DNA of 64,000 nt from Octopus sinensis (GCF_006345805.1 NC_043012.1:21948001-22012000); one strand, 5' to 3'; positions 1-12,094 are shown, counted from the stretch's first letter. Numbers and translations are program-made. Notes: generated from the sequence alone by a model not told the origin.

Positions 1-300
1 GGTAAGACAAGAAAATAATGAAAGAGACCTCGATATTATGTAAATAGAGGAATTTATCAGTAAATATAATATGTGACAGTTATTCGGTAGCCATGATAAA
101 ACTCCGAGTTTCGGATGTCGGGGCGGAAACTCACGCCGCCATCTCTTCAGTTATCGGGCCGTCGAAAAGATGCTATGAAAATGACCGTTAAACAAAAGGA
201 AATTACTGTGTGATTGACCGTTATTAAGACAAAAGAGCTATTAGAATGACCACTAAGTGAGAGGTGGGAGTAAAGATAAAGGAGTAAAAATGTCCATAGT
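1..300 (-). mobile_element. Penelope-like element terminal (pseudo-LTR) fragment
   Basis: 1-~115 is the reverse complement of 10761-10873 (same family). It carries a hammerhead motif at 95-155 on the minus strand. Confidence 0.6.
95..155 (-). ncRNA. Minimal type I hammerhead ribozyme motif, helix II junction imperfect
   Basis: Minus strand reads gataa-CTGAAGA-gatg...catcc-GAAA-ctcggagt-T-ttatc. Helix I is 5 bp, helix III is 3 bp with a CGG loop, and helix II appears to lack one G. Confidence 0.65.
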
Positions 301-877
301 ATTCGCGTAAGCGTGCATGTCCATACACACACAGCGCGCCTGCACACCCACATACATGCGCCTATAAGTATATACTCATCCACCCTCACTCGAAACACAC
401 ACATGCTCACCCACACATTCGCCCCAAAAATATATACATACCCGCATACACGCTCGCACGCACACACACACACACCACACACACACACCACACACACACG
501 CACACACACACACGCACACAAAAGATGTTCATACACAAGTCTATATACGCACATACACAACAGGGCTAAAGGCAAAATACAGAAAAAAAGTGTAAAAAAT
601 AAGCAATAAGAGTAAAGCACGTCTATATACACACATACTCGTATTCACGCACACACACACGTCTATATACGCGCATACCCGCACACGTCTATATACGCAC
701 ACACACATACGCGCACAAAAACGGTTCATACACACGTCTATATACATACATATACCCGCACACACACACATCCACATGCGCGACCAAAAGATTCCATATA
801 CACGTCTATATATGCACAGGGAAAATGCAGGGTCGAAAGTAGAATACAGAAAAATATATGTGTAAAAAATATACGAG

Positions 878-926
878 CAGGTGCTCCAGCATGGCCGCAG
901 TCAAATGACTGAAACAAGTAAAAGAT
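878..926 (+). mobile_element. 3' tail fragment of CORE-type SINE (family A)
   Basis: ggtgctccagcatggccgcagtcaaatgactgaaacaagtaaaag matches the 3' end of the full copies at 25712 and 52959. Confidence 0.8.
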
Positions 927-972
927 ATATATTATATATATATATATAATATATATTATATATATATTAGAG

Positions 973-1004
<32 letters not shown>

Positions 1005-1096
1005 GAGAGAGTTCGCAAGGCATTTGACAACATACATTTTTGGGATCATTGTTGCATTTTGCTAACTCTGTATAATCTGTTTTTCAGAAAATAATA

Positions 1097-1325
1097 ATGA
1101 CAGACCCTCAGCTTACTCAAGAAATGACGAGGCATGCTGTTATTGCGGTTATAAAGGCTGAGCATAGCGATTTAGAAATATCTCAATTTTTAAAAGTTGC
1201 CAGATCTTTCGTGTGCAAAGTTTGTAAGGATCTAGAGATTGAAGACGGAAATGTATCACCTGTATCAAAGCATAGAAAGCATTCTAAATGCTCTGAAATC
1301 ATCAGAACACCTGAATTATCCAACA
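1097..1325 (+). mobile_element. Tc1/mariner-superfamily (maT-like) transposase N-terminal fragment
   Basis: MTDPQLTQEMTRHAVIAVIKAEHSDLEISQFLKVARSFVCKVCKDLE...RKHSKCSEIIRTPE resembles the paired/HTH N-terminus of DD37D-type transposases (recognised from memory). It is truncated by an AT microsatellite. Confidence 0.65.
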
Positions 1326-1535
1326 AATTTAACAGACCATTAAATCTGTCCTCAAATATCTTACGCACCCTGTATTATATATATAATATATATATATATA
1401 TATTATTTATATAATAATATATTATAATAATTAATATAAAGGATAAAATTAATTAATAATTCGTAATTTTACCAAGTAGTTCGGTATGTTAGAAGAACCT
1501 TTATCGGTAACCTTATACAAAAATTCTATAATTAT

Positions 1536-1752
1536 AAGTATAATTATAATTATGGTTCAGCAAATTGCTTCACCACATACCGAAATTTAGAAATAGCAGT
1601 TAAATACTATTCCTCTACTATAAGATATCTCCCAGACAGCAATACTCTTAATTCTGGGCGATATCTTATGGTAGAGGATTAGTATTTAACTGTTATTTCT
1701 AAATTTCGGTATGTGGGGAATCAATTACTGAACTCCAATTATAATTATGCTT
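1536..1752. repeat. Imperfect foldback, ~97-bp arms with 16-bp loop
   Basis: 1540-1636 pairs with 1653-1748 (e.g. ccacataccgaaatttagaaata / tatttctaaatttcggtatgtgg), roughly 85-90% identity by eye. Confidence 0.85.
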
Positions 1753-1776
1753 GTATATATATATTAATATATATAT

Positions 1777-1807
<31 letters not shown>

Positions 1808-1910
1808 AAGTTAATCCAAACAAGAAAGCACAAAAAAAAAACACAACAACGCGAGGACGTGGAACAAATATAGTATTATTGGACGCTCAGGAAAGAAGGA
1901 AAGAAGGAGG

Positions 1911-1945
1911 GTTTAACGGTTCGAGCGGAGGTCTTCGTCGGAAAC
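1911..1945 (-). ncRNA. Degenerate ultra-minimal hammerhead motif (PLE terminus)
   Basis: Minus strand gttt-CCGACGA-a-gacctccgctc-GAAC-cgt-T-aaac has two core substitutions. Same layout as 27381 and 32342. Confidence 0.4.
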
Positions 1946-2022
1946 GTAGGAGAAGGAAAGATCCAGAGAACGGAAGACAGAGGAAAAAAAATCGCCAACG
2001 GTACACACGCGGTCACATTTTG

Positions 2023-2059
<37 letters not shown>

Positions 2060-2070
2060 CATAATAGCAT

Positions 2071-2546
2071 CACTTGTGATGGTATTTTAATAATACCATC
2101 CCTATATCTATTTATAAATAATTTTACACATTTCGTTTGTTCCTACGGTACTTGGTCACTTCAAACGAACTTTTGCAGGCATGATGGGGGAGAATGTTAG
2201 TAGTAATTTAAGCTGGCGGACTTTGGCTGATGAGAAATCAGGCACCTATTTGGCACTAAATTTCGAAACCGGTACCAGGTTGACCAGCATTTACTTGTTC
2301 TGACCCATTTGAGGTAAGACATTATTATTGTTCACTGATATTTTTTCCTATCTTGTCTGTAATGGATTGGCGACTATTCGGTGGTACAGAAGTATTTTTT
2401 GACTTCTGTCATTAGCGATATAGGCACTCATGTAGTGCCCTTGTGTATATATGTACATATCTAATGTTGTATGTATATATTTTATTAATTTGCCTGTACG
2501 GCTGATAATTCGCTTACCACTTGTGATGGTATTTTAATAATACCAT

Positions 2547-2548
<2 letters not shown>
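2071..2548 (+). mobile_element. Hammerhead-containing element bounded by 31-bp direct repeats (probable PLE pLTR remnant)
   Basis: cacttgtgatggtattttaataataccatcc occurs at 2071-2101 and 2518-2548, with a hammerhead at 2224-2277 inside. Confidence 0.55.
2224..2277 (+). ncRNA. Minimal type I hammerhead ribozyme, complete core
   Basis: tgg-CTGATGA-gaaat...atttc-GAAA-ccggt-A-cca. Helix I is 3 bp, helix II is 5 bp with the canonical G-C closing pair, helix III is the palindrome ACCGGT, and GUA cleavage would be after 2274. Confidence 0.8.
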
Positions 2549-2594
<46 letters not shown>

Positions 2595-2671
2595 ATATTA
2601 GGGAATAAATCCAAACTTACAGGGAAAAATCAGATTTAGGATTGAATCCCAATTTTATAGTAAAAATATAT

Positions 2672-2980
2672 ATTATATTAATTAGAGACAAAACCACTAT
2701 TAGGCAAATCAAACCATGAAAAACTTAATCCAATACATAATATTATTTAATTTATATTATTTAAATATATAACAAAATTATTAAAACCACCTGATGAATG
2801 ACTGCGACTCAAAAATTTGAAGATGTTAGCAGGCATGAAACGATCGTAGTGTGATATTAATTATATTTTTTTAATAATTTTGCTATATATTTAAATAATA
2901 TAAATTAAATAATATTATGTATTGGATTATGTTTTTCATTGTTTGATTTGCCTAATAGTGGTTTTGTCTCATTTAATATA
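2672..2980. repeat. ~115-bp inverted repeat enclosing a hammerhead (inverted PLE pLTR)
   Basis: ~2672-2786 pairs with ~2867-2980 (gagacaaaaccactattaggcaaatcaaac / gtttgatttgcctaatagtggttttgtctc). Confidence 0.85.
2788..2851 (+). ncRNA. Minimal type I hammerhead ribozyme, complete core
   Basis: cac-CTGATGA-atgactgc...gcaggcat-GAAA-c-GATC-gt-A-gtg. Helix III has a palindromic loop; cleavage would be after 2848. Confidence 0.75.
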
Positions 2981-3279
2981 ATATATATATATATACAGTC
3001 GCAGGATTGTGTTTGCAAAATAATGCTAGTTATAAAATATCTGAATTGTCAATGTGATAGCACAAATTTATCGCGTATTTTTATTTCAGGCAATCTCGAT
3101 TTAAATCTCGATACTCAAAATTTCACGCCAGGAGCAATCCTCATATGAGGGCCGTTGGTGATGTGCTTTCCGATGCAATCGCCGATCGTACGGTGCAGCT
3201 GTACTCTCTCTTTTTCTCTCTCTATATATATGTGTGTGTGTCTGTGTGTGTGTGTGTGTGCGCGCGCGCGCGTGTGTAT

Positions 3280-3325
<46 letters not shown>

Positions 3326-3559
3326 TAAACACAAGAATATATATTCTTTTTGTAGAATCTATGAACATGCTCGCATATACACACACGTATATATGCGTGT
3401 GTGTATGTGTGTGTGTGAATGTGTGTGGGTGCGTTGTTCCTCCTTTGCAATACTTGCCGGCGGCTTATTATAGTGTAAGCTTTCACTGGACACTGGTACA
3501 AAAGAACAAGAACAACAAAAACAACAAACCAGAAACAAGAACAATAAAGAGCAAAAAAC

Positions 3560-3623
<64 letters not shown>

Positions 3624-3655
3624 AACTAAATAAATGGTACCACGAAGCACCACCG

Positions 3656-4728
3656 ATACATACACACACACACACACAGAAACACACACTTCACCAACAC
3701 AATACACAAACGTATATTCATATGTACACATGCACAGATAAAAAAAAAACACTCATTGGTAAATGCATACACAGACACGCACACACACACAACACACACA
3801 CCACACCACACACACACAACATACACACCACAACGAAACACTATAAAGACCTTTACTGGAAAGCAATACTCTCGTATTGCATTACTATTTTCATATATAT
3901 ATATAATATATCTATATATAATATATATATATATATATAATAATACAAAAAAAGCAGAAGGAAACACATCATCAGCAACCAAACACCAACACAAACTAAA
4001 AATGAACAGAACTAGACATTATGCGACTGCAAATAAAATCTGCTCTACATTGCGTTCGAAAGTAGGGACAGTGGCCTGAGGTGTTTGTTGGAATTGGAGC
4101 AACAGGCGAGATGAAAACTTCTCCCAAGACTCCACAAGCAACAGCCTCGTTTCGTAGCTTCCAGTTATGTGCAATGTGATTGGCTTGGCAATTGCATCTG
4201 TGTATCTCTGTGTGTAAGTGTGTGTGTGCGTGCTTGTGTGTGTGTGTACGTGTGTGTGTGTGTGAGCATGCATTATATGGTGAGCGTGTGTATTTATCTG
4301 TATTTCAGTATGCGTTTGTTGCGCATGCGTACGGTATGTTCCCGAATTTCTTTTGTGGGTCTTTATAGTGTTTCGTTGCGTGTGTGTATGTTGTATGTGT
4401 GTGTGTGTGTACGTGTGTGTGTGTGTGTGAGCATGCATTATATGGCGAGCGTGTGTGTTTATCTGTATTTCAGTATGTGTTTGTTGCGCATGCGTGCGGT
4501 ATGTTCCCGAATTTCTTTTGTGGGTCTTTATAGTGTTTCGTTGCGTGTGTATGTTGTATGTGTGTGTGTGCTTGTGTGTGGTGTGTGTGTGTGTGTGTGT
4601 GTGCGTGTCTGTGTATGCATTTACCAGTGAGTGTTTTTTATGTGTGCATGTGTGCATGTGTACATATGAATATATGTTTGTGTATTTGTGTTGGTGAAGT
4701 GTGTGTTTCTGTGTGTGTGTGTATGTAT
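3656..4728. repeat. Local inverted duplication plus ~165-bp tandem duplication in CA/TG-rich DNA
   Basis: 3656-3851 is the reverse complement of 4523-4728 (shared non-microsatellite words cttcaccaacacaatacaca, caacgaaacactataaagacc). 4262-~4426 is repeated at ~4427-4570. Confidence 0.8.
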
Positions 4729-4978
4729 ATATATATATACATACATACATACATACATGTGTGTGTGTGTGTGTGTGTGAATGAATTTTATGATGGGTGT
4801 AGGGAAGAAAGCATAATAAAAGGATACTCTAAAACCTAGAGAGAGAGAGGGGATGGGAGAAAGAGAAAGTGTAGAACAAAACAAACATGTACGAGATGCG
4901 CGCCACATTTGCCAGTTATTTTTCGTTATTCAAACTTTCGGTAGATCCTCTGAGAGCAACCACAGTATAGTATGTATG

Positions 4979-5009
<31 letters not shown>

Positions 5010-5018
5010 CTAATATAT

Positions 5019-5060
<42 letters not shown>

Positions 5061-5234
5061 TTAGATAGATATATAGATAGAGTAGATATAGATAGATAGA
5101 TACAGATATTAACAAATATACATACAATAAGTATTATATACTCACACGCATATATATATATTTATACATATGCATATATGTGTGTGTGTGTGTGTGTGTG
5201 TGTTAATGCAGGTATATATTTAATGTATTTATAT

Positions 5235-5383
5235 CAGTCGTGTGCAAACTGCGGTATGTGGGATTTTCTTAATGCCACATCTGACGAAAAGTTACCATAA
5301 ACCTTTTTTCAGTAGTGCGGACCACGTGATGGTAAATCATGTCTCATGCGGTCCGATTCTCGAAAAAAGGTTGCCTATTCCCG
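5235..5383. mobile_element. Non-autonomous hAT-type MITE
   Basis: 8-bp TSD atttatat at 5227-5234 and 5384-5391. Imperfect TIRs cagtcgtgtgcaaact / aggttgcctattcccg resemble hAT (Charlie/Tip100-like) ends. Confidence 0.7.
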
Positions 5384-5610
5384 ATTTATATGATATAATA
5401 TTTATTGTCTTCCTATAACTGTTCCTTTTAAGTCCTTATTGTCTTTGAAACAAAAACGGAAAAAGAAAAGAAAAAAAAGGAGAAAGCTTTATCGTAACCT
5501 CTGGATAAAGTGTTTAACTTTTGAATCATGTTATTAAATTCTTATCTAACTTTGTTAAACTGCTGAACTAAGTTGCTAAACTTTTGAACTTCATTTTAAA
5601 ACTAACTTAA

Positions 5611-6030
5611 GAAGGCAACATTTCGTCCATTTTTTCCGTTTTGAGTTCAAATTCCGCCGAGGTTGTCTTTGCCTTTCATTCTTTCGTAGGTCGATAAAAT
5701 AAGTATCAGTCAAATACTAGGCGCGGTGTCGTCGACTACCACCCCACCCCAAATCTTCGGGTCTTGTGTCTATAGTAGAAACAATCATTAAACGAACTAT
5801 TGAGAATTGCAGCGCGCAGAAAAGGCGGCAATCTGGCAGAAACATTACTGCGCCGGACAAATACGTAGTGGCATTTTTTCCGGCTTTACGTTCTGAGTTA
5901 TATATCTCTGAGGTGAAATTTGCGTTTTATCGTGGGTAAAATAAATACCAGTTGAGTACTGGGGGTCCTATGTAATCGACTGACCTCTTACCCAAGATTT
6001 CACACCTCGTGCCCATAGTAGAAATAATTA
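5611..6030 (+). mobile_element. Two old diverged copies of SINE family C
   Basis: gagttcaaattccgccgagg...tttgcctttcattctttcg..gtcgataaaataagta at 5640-5706; a second copy starts ggcggcaatctggcagaa at ~5823. Confidence 0.7.
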
Positions 6031-6229
6031 TAGTGAAAAGAAGTACAATGCGGAAGATACATTCTACCCGTTCAGAAACACACAAAACTGTTGACTTCAC
6101 TTAAACATTTATTATTTGGCATTATTCGCAGTGGGACCGTTTCAATGACCAGGTTGCAATTGGCGCGACGAAAATGCCAACACTAAATAACAAATGTCTG
6201 AATGAAGTTAACAGTTTTTTGTCTATTTT

Positions 6230-6600
6230 TGAATGGTTAATTTGTATCCTCCTTGCTGTAATTACTTTACTTTCAGTCATGGATTCAGTTCGTATTATTC
6301 GCCAAGCAAGGACATTTCTTAAACTATTGAGTTTAGTTTCTAAACCATTGAATTAATTTATTAATCTATTAAATTCAAATAAAAGATCTCAGGGACTTCA
6401 AAGCTGACTTAATTAACCCGATTAAAAATGGTTATATTTTAAATCGACACCAGCTCTTTCGTAAATGTCTTGAACAATTACATGACACCATCCAAAGAAT
6501 GTCGTTCCAGTATATTCATTCTTGTTGGTAAAACAAAGAACATACAACAGTTTCATACCCAACAGTATCATCAACATTTACAGGGAAAGCGAAGTAGCTA
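6230..6600 (+). mobile_element. Decayed L2-group (Rex1/Daphne-like) LINE ORF2 C-terminal fragment
   Basis: Broken translations VRIIRQARTFLKLL and LVKQRTYNSFIPNSIINIY resemble the L2-group C-terminal ...KTxRYxxSFIPxAIxLxN motif. Confidence 0.4.
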
Positions 6601-6665
6601 ACTACATTGTTAAAAACAGAAGAGAAAGTGATTTGCCTCACCACGCACCTTCACACACTATATCC

Positions 6666-7083
6666 GGATCTTTTCGGTTTGAACGGCAGTTTTTTCTAGC
6701 GGTGTCATATGAAATTGTCACCCATAATTATGACCCTAGAATCGATCTATTGCATTTCAATCTGTTTTAGGGTTAGGGTTAGGGGTGGGGGAAGAATATC
6801 TTTTTTTCTTCACAAATGTAAATAAACCCAATCTGTTTCTTAAACGAGGGACATATTCATACGGCACAGAATGCTTTTTAACTCAATAGACGTCAGTGAT
6901 TGGTTGATATTGCAGAAATTGAAAAAAAAAAACCCAACAAATACCTTACAAACTATAGAATTTTCTCAATAAAGCCAAGAGAAAAAGATGTTTTATACAC
7001 CCATTCTACCAGTATATAAAGTTTAAAATTTTTTAGTTACCTAGAAATTATGTTAAAAACTACCGTTCAAGCCGAAAAGATCC
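6666..7083. mobile_element. Merlin-type MITE copy 1
   Basis: TIRs ggatcttttcggtttgaacggcagttttt / aaaaactaccgttcaagccgaaaagatcc, 8-bp TSD ctatatcc (6658-6665, 7084-7091), internal TTAGGG repeats. Confidence 0.85.
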
Positions 7084-7152
7084 CTATATCCACTTAAGGG
7101 CCACAAATCTGATTTCTTTAACAAGTAGTTCTGCGCTATTAAGAACAAAGCG

Positions 7153-7192
7153 ACCTTCAGACTCCCTCCTATCAAGGAGGGAATCTGAAGGT
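7153..7192. repeat. Short near-perfect hairpin (18-bp stem, 4-nt loop)
   Basis: accttcagactccctcct-atca-aggagggaatctgaaggt; 17 of 18 positions pair. Confidence 0.85.
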
Positions 7193-7600
7193 TCTTGACA
7201 TCGAAAAGTAAAGCACTTGGATTAGTGATCTCAATATTAGAGCAGTCACGAACACTAGGGTCGAAATCATGGTGACACCTAATGAGTCATTAAATGTATG
7301 TATCGGGAGTTTCGGTAGGGCTGAGGTTGCAGATCATGTTGGATTATTTATCTTGGACACACTCGAGTAGCGCATAATCCCTCACAGCTCGGAGTTTTTT
7401 CAGAGACGAAAACCTAACAAACCCAAGTAACATGAACGGTCACATCTTAGATGGATTTAGAAAGAGCTTCAAGAAGTTTGGCCTAAAAATACCAACCCCA
7501 GTCTAACTACAATCAAAGTCTTGGACATTACTTTAGACACACAAGCATTATTTGTAGAGAAAACCCAACAAGGAGCCCGTTTATAGTCATAGGCATTCCT

Positions 7601-7820
7601 AAGGCGGTAAGCTGGCAGAATCGTTAGTGTGTCGGGCAAAATGCATAGCGGCACTTCTTCCGGTTCTTTACATTCTGAGTTGAAATTCTGCCAAGGTTGC
7701 TTTTTATCCTTTTCTGGTCGATAAAACAAAGTACCAGTTAAATACTGGGGTCGATGTAATCGAATAACTCTGCCTCCCAAAATTGCTGACCTTTTGCCAA
7801 AATTTGAAATAATTATATTC
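7601..7820 (+). mobile_element. SINE family C, older subfamily
   Basis: Head aaggcggtaagctggcagaatcgttag, B-box-like gagttgaaattctgcc, central tcgataaaacaaagtaccag. Confidence 0.75.
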
Positions 7821-8371
7821 ATAGGAATTCCAACCTTGTTCTAGATATAATTAGAAACTTAGGACTGTATTTGATGGCTTTAAAGAGTCATGAGTAGATT
7901 AAACGTATCCTAATTTCAGCAGCGTATAATCAACAAAAAAAAAGAAAAAAATTCTTAGTGCGTTAAAGATTTTGGGCAGAGGGGCAACTTTGCATGTAAA
8001 ATCCTTTAATTTTCTGGGACATTTTCGGGAAAAATGTGCGTCGTATATACAATGAAATATGGTAGTTGGAATTAACAAAAGAACCTCCAATTTATCTTTC
8101 GATTGAAATTTCTTCAACAGAGCCACACCCTGTTACAATGAGGAGTTGACGAAGAGAGACCTTAGAAAGAAATTAATATAAAAGAAAGATTCCTATCGAC
8201 GAATAGACTGAAGAGAGTTTAGTGACTTATGCCAGCAAAAGTAGCTAAAAGTGTATGTATGTGCGTGTGTGTGCGTGTGGTGTATGTGTATATATATGTG
8301 TGTATGTGTGTGTGTGAGAGAGAGAGACGTAATATTACCTGAATATATATACACACACACAAACACACACA

Positions 8372-8432
<61 letters not shown>

Positions 8433-8469
8433 TCAGGTAATATTACCTGAATAGACAAATATATATATG

Positions 8470-8565
<96 letters not shown>

Positions 8566-9267
8566 ATATATATATACATACATGGAGTTAAAAGGAATAA
8601 AATGGTGTAAAACAATGTAATCTTCTCTCAGGAAAATGAAGAAATGAAACTCGTCAATAAGACATTTTAACAGAATATGATGGATATGTATAGTGATTAA
8701 CTGAACGCCATTAAGTTTGTTTAAAAAAAAACGTTAGAGGATATAACGTCAAAGGTAGCCTATAGAAAGAGAGGGGTAAAGGAAAGAAAAAAACCCCAAA
8801 TAAATGAGAAGTATATAACGATATGTATATTAAATAACCTATAGTCTTGGAAAAAGATAAATCTAGTGAATGTGAAAAGTAAGAAGAAAATTAATGTTTA
8901 AGTTATATATAATGATAGATATCACTTATATAAACTAAAGGTGTGTTTCTGCCAATGTTTACATCGGTATGCACGCTCTATAACCGTGTTTTCAAGGGGA
9001 TTTTTAGATAAAAAGCTCAGAATTACAGAGAGGACAGAATTCCTTTCTTTTATCATAAGGTATCGAAATTGAGAGAATTAACCAATCTAAATGAAATTGT
9101 TTATTGTGGTTTTTTAGATACCAAATTGATTTACTAAGCCCTGTAAATGTTAAAATAAAATCAAGAATAAAATAAAAAATAAAATAAAATAGAGTAAAAA
9201 TAAATAATGAATAAAAACTTACAAAATACAGCCTTTCAACCCTTAAAAAAAATTATTATTGAGCTAG

Positions 9268-9654
9268 TGTGTGGAAGCACTCCGTCGGTTACGACGACGA
9301 GGGTTCCGGTTGATCCGAATCAACGGAACAGCCGGCTCGTGAAATTAACGTGTAAGTGGCTGAGCACTCCACAGACACGTGTACCCTTAACGTAGTTCTC
9401 GGGGATATTCAGCGTGACACAGAGAGTGACAAGGCCGGCCCTTTGAAATACAGGTACAACAGAAACAGGAAGTAAGAGTGAGAGAAAGTTGTGGTGAAAG
9501 AGTACAGCAGGGATCACCACCATCCCCTGCCGGAGCCTCGTGGAGCTTTGGGTGTTTTCGCTCAATAAACACTCACAACGCCCGGTCTGGGAATCGAAAC
9601 CGCGATCCTATGACCGCAAGTCCGCTGCCCTAACCACTGGGCCACTGCGCCTCC
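9268..9654 (-). mobile_element. Full-length tRNA-derived SINE family B with tail type i
   Basis: A/B-box head on the minus strand, 11-bp TSD tattgagctag (9257-9267, 9655-9665), tail ...ccctcgtcgtcgtaaccgacggagtgcttccac. Confidence 0.9.
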
Positions 9655-10605
9655 TATTGAGCTAGACTAATAAGGGTAAGGGAGAATTGGACAAAAATTT
9701 AAAGTTTCAGATATGCTGCGTTCTCTTGGTGAGATATCGGATGTAAATATGTCAAGAGGTTCATGCAAGAAGATAGAGTATTTAACATACATAATTAAAT
9801 AAGAATTTAAAGGAAGCAAATATATGCTTATAAAAGTAATAATAAGGGCTTAAATATAGGTCAATTCAACAAGATTAAATTAATAGAATTAATTATAAAA
9901 TTATTCAAATAGTTAAATATATTACCCTGAAAACCGGAGGAAGGTATTTGATATAGAGGTGAAGAGCTAAAGACAAGCTGGGAATAATCTAAATTAAGGA
10001 CATGCAAAAGCGAAACCAGGTAGAAATAAAAATGTATTTTTTACAGTGAATTTGAAAGCAGCTTCAGGTTTAGTTCATATAGTACAAGTAATTAAGAGGT
10101 GAAGAGCTAATGAAAGAATAGGAACAATCTAAATTAGGGAGAGAGAGAAACAAAAACACAAAAGAAAAAAACAATGATAAATGTGAGAAATAAAATAAAA
10201 CCCTTGGAAATCTTAAGCACGTAAGAGATTCTCTATCAATCAAGGTCTTCTCCACTATTGAATATAAAAGAAATAAAAAATATCGATCTGTATAATGTTA
10301 AAGATAACCTCAATTGTTAGTGATTCAGGGGCTTTTTATGTCCTCCCTCTCTCACCTCTTTTCTCCACTATTTAAGAAAAAAAAAAGATAAGAAAGACAA
10401 AAAAATGTCGATCGTTTATATAGTTTATGAGTGTTTTAAATGACCGTGTAGTTTTATCCCAAGTTGCGGTACATTGGAAAGCCCCGAATTCAAGGGCGAA
10501 ATAAATTTATCTGTATCTGCTAGCAGCTACTAGGAAAACCAAAACAAACAAACAAAAAATCAGAATGAATTATCTAGAAATATCTCTCGCATAACAAAAT
10601 AAGTG

Positions 10606-10655
<50 letters not shown>

Positions 10656-10660
<5 letters not shown>

Positions 10661-10873
10661 GTAAATTAATATGTTACCATTATTCAATAGCCAAGATAAA
10701 ACTCTGAGTTTCTTATTTCTCTTACCTCAGATGCCGAAGAGGAAATCCACAACACCATCCGAAACTCAGAGTTTTATCTTGGCTATTGAATAATGGTAAC
10801 ATATTAATTTACAGATAAATTTCCTCTATTTACATAATATTGAGGTCTCTTTCTTTCTTTTGTTATCTTACCG
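10656..10873 (+). mobile_element. PLE pLTR with perfect 57-bp inverted arms and a degenerate hammerhead
   Basis: 10656-10712 and 10761-10817 are perfect inverted repeats. gatg-CCGAAGA-gga...tcc-GAAA-ctcagagt-T-ttatc at 10730-10778 has U4->C. Homologous to 1-155. Confidence 0.7.
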
Positions 10874-10892
10874 TTTTTGGCAATATATATAT

Positions 10893-11103
10893 ACTCTTAC
10901 TCTTACTTGTTTCAGTCATTTGACTGCGGCCATGCTGGAGCACCGCCTTTAGTCGGGCAAATCGACCCCGGGACTTATTCTTTGTAAGCCCAGTACTTAT
11001 TCTATCGGTCTCTTTTGCCGAACCGCTAAGTGACGGGGACGTAAAAATACACCAGCATCGGTTGTCAAGCAATGCTAGGGGGACAAACACAGACAACAAA
11101 CAC

Positions 11104-11167
<64 letters not shown>

Positions 11168-11219
11168 TACGACAGGCTTCTTTCAGTTTCCGTCTACCAA
11201 ATCCACTCACAAGGCATTG
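10893..11219 (-). mobile_element. 5'-truncated SINE family A
   Basis: Reverse complement of the family A body and tail, with an internal TA/CA microsatellite. Confidence 0.9.
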
Positions 11220-11404
11220 TATTATATATATTATATGAATCTCTCTCTCAGTGATTCTCTCCCACTGAGGAAAGTTTCTTCCCCTCTTCAATTTCTTACC
11301 AGACCTTATTTCTCTTTGCCTCTTAAGCTGAAAACAACCAGAAATAGCGACACCAACAACGGCAGTTACCAGTCAAATTTCACACGTGTGTGTGTATAGA
11401 CAGT

Positions 11405-11712
11405 TATATAGAGAGAAAGAGAGTGAAAGAGAGTGTCAAAGAGAGAGAGAGAGAGAGAGTGAAAGAGAGTGTCAAAGAGAAAGAGAGAGAGAGTGAAAGA
11501 GAGAGAGAGAGTGAAAGAGAGTGTCAAAGAGAAAGAGAGAGAGAGAGTGAAAGAGAGAGAGAGTGAAAGAGAGAGAGAGAGAGAGAGGGAAGAGAGTGTC
11601 AAAGAGAAAGAGAGAGAGAGTGAAAGAGAGAGAGAGAGAGTGAAAGAGAGTGTCAAAGAGAAAGAGAGAGAGAGAGTGAAAGAGAGTGTCAAAGAGAAAG
11701 AGAGAGAGAGGG
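11405..11712. repeat. Compound (GA)n satellite with recurring gtgaaa / gtgtcaaa interruptions
   Basis: Motifs gagagtgaaagagagtgtcaaagagaaa recur along the tract. Confidence 0.9.
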
Positions 11713-12094
11713 AGTGTGTGAGGGAGAAAGAGAAGTACTGATAATAAAGGGATCTTGCAAAAGGAAGATCGCAACCCTAAGCCTATCCGCTAGATAATCC
11801 GTAAAGCATGAGGAGGAGATTTGCAGGCGGTTTTCGGGGCAGATTTTAAATTGGCGAACGCTTGGTTTGCTTGTCTTAGACACAGTTATGTCAACACATG
11901 GAGATATTCAACCAATGGCTGTGTTCCGTCTGCAAGGTTTGTTACTAAGGAGATGAATATTTGATAGACAAGTCTTCACCCATAAGCTTGTGGCGTCACC
12001 TGGCGGTGTTCGCCATTTAATCCGCTGCCAACAGCACAATAACAACGAACGGACGCACGGGAATTTTGTGACTGCACTCTGCTTGCATATCACT

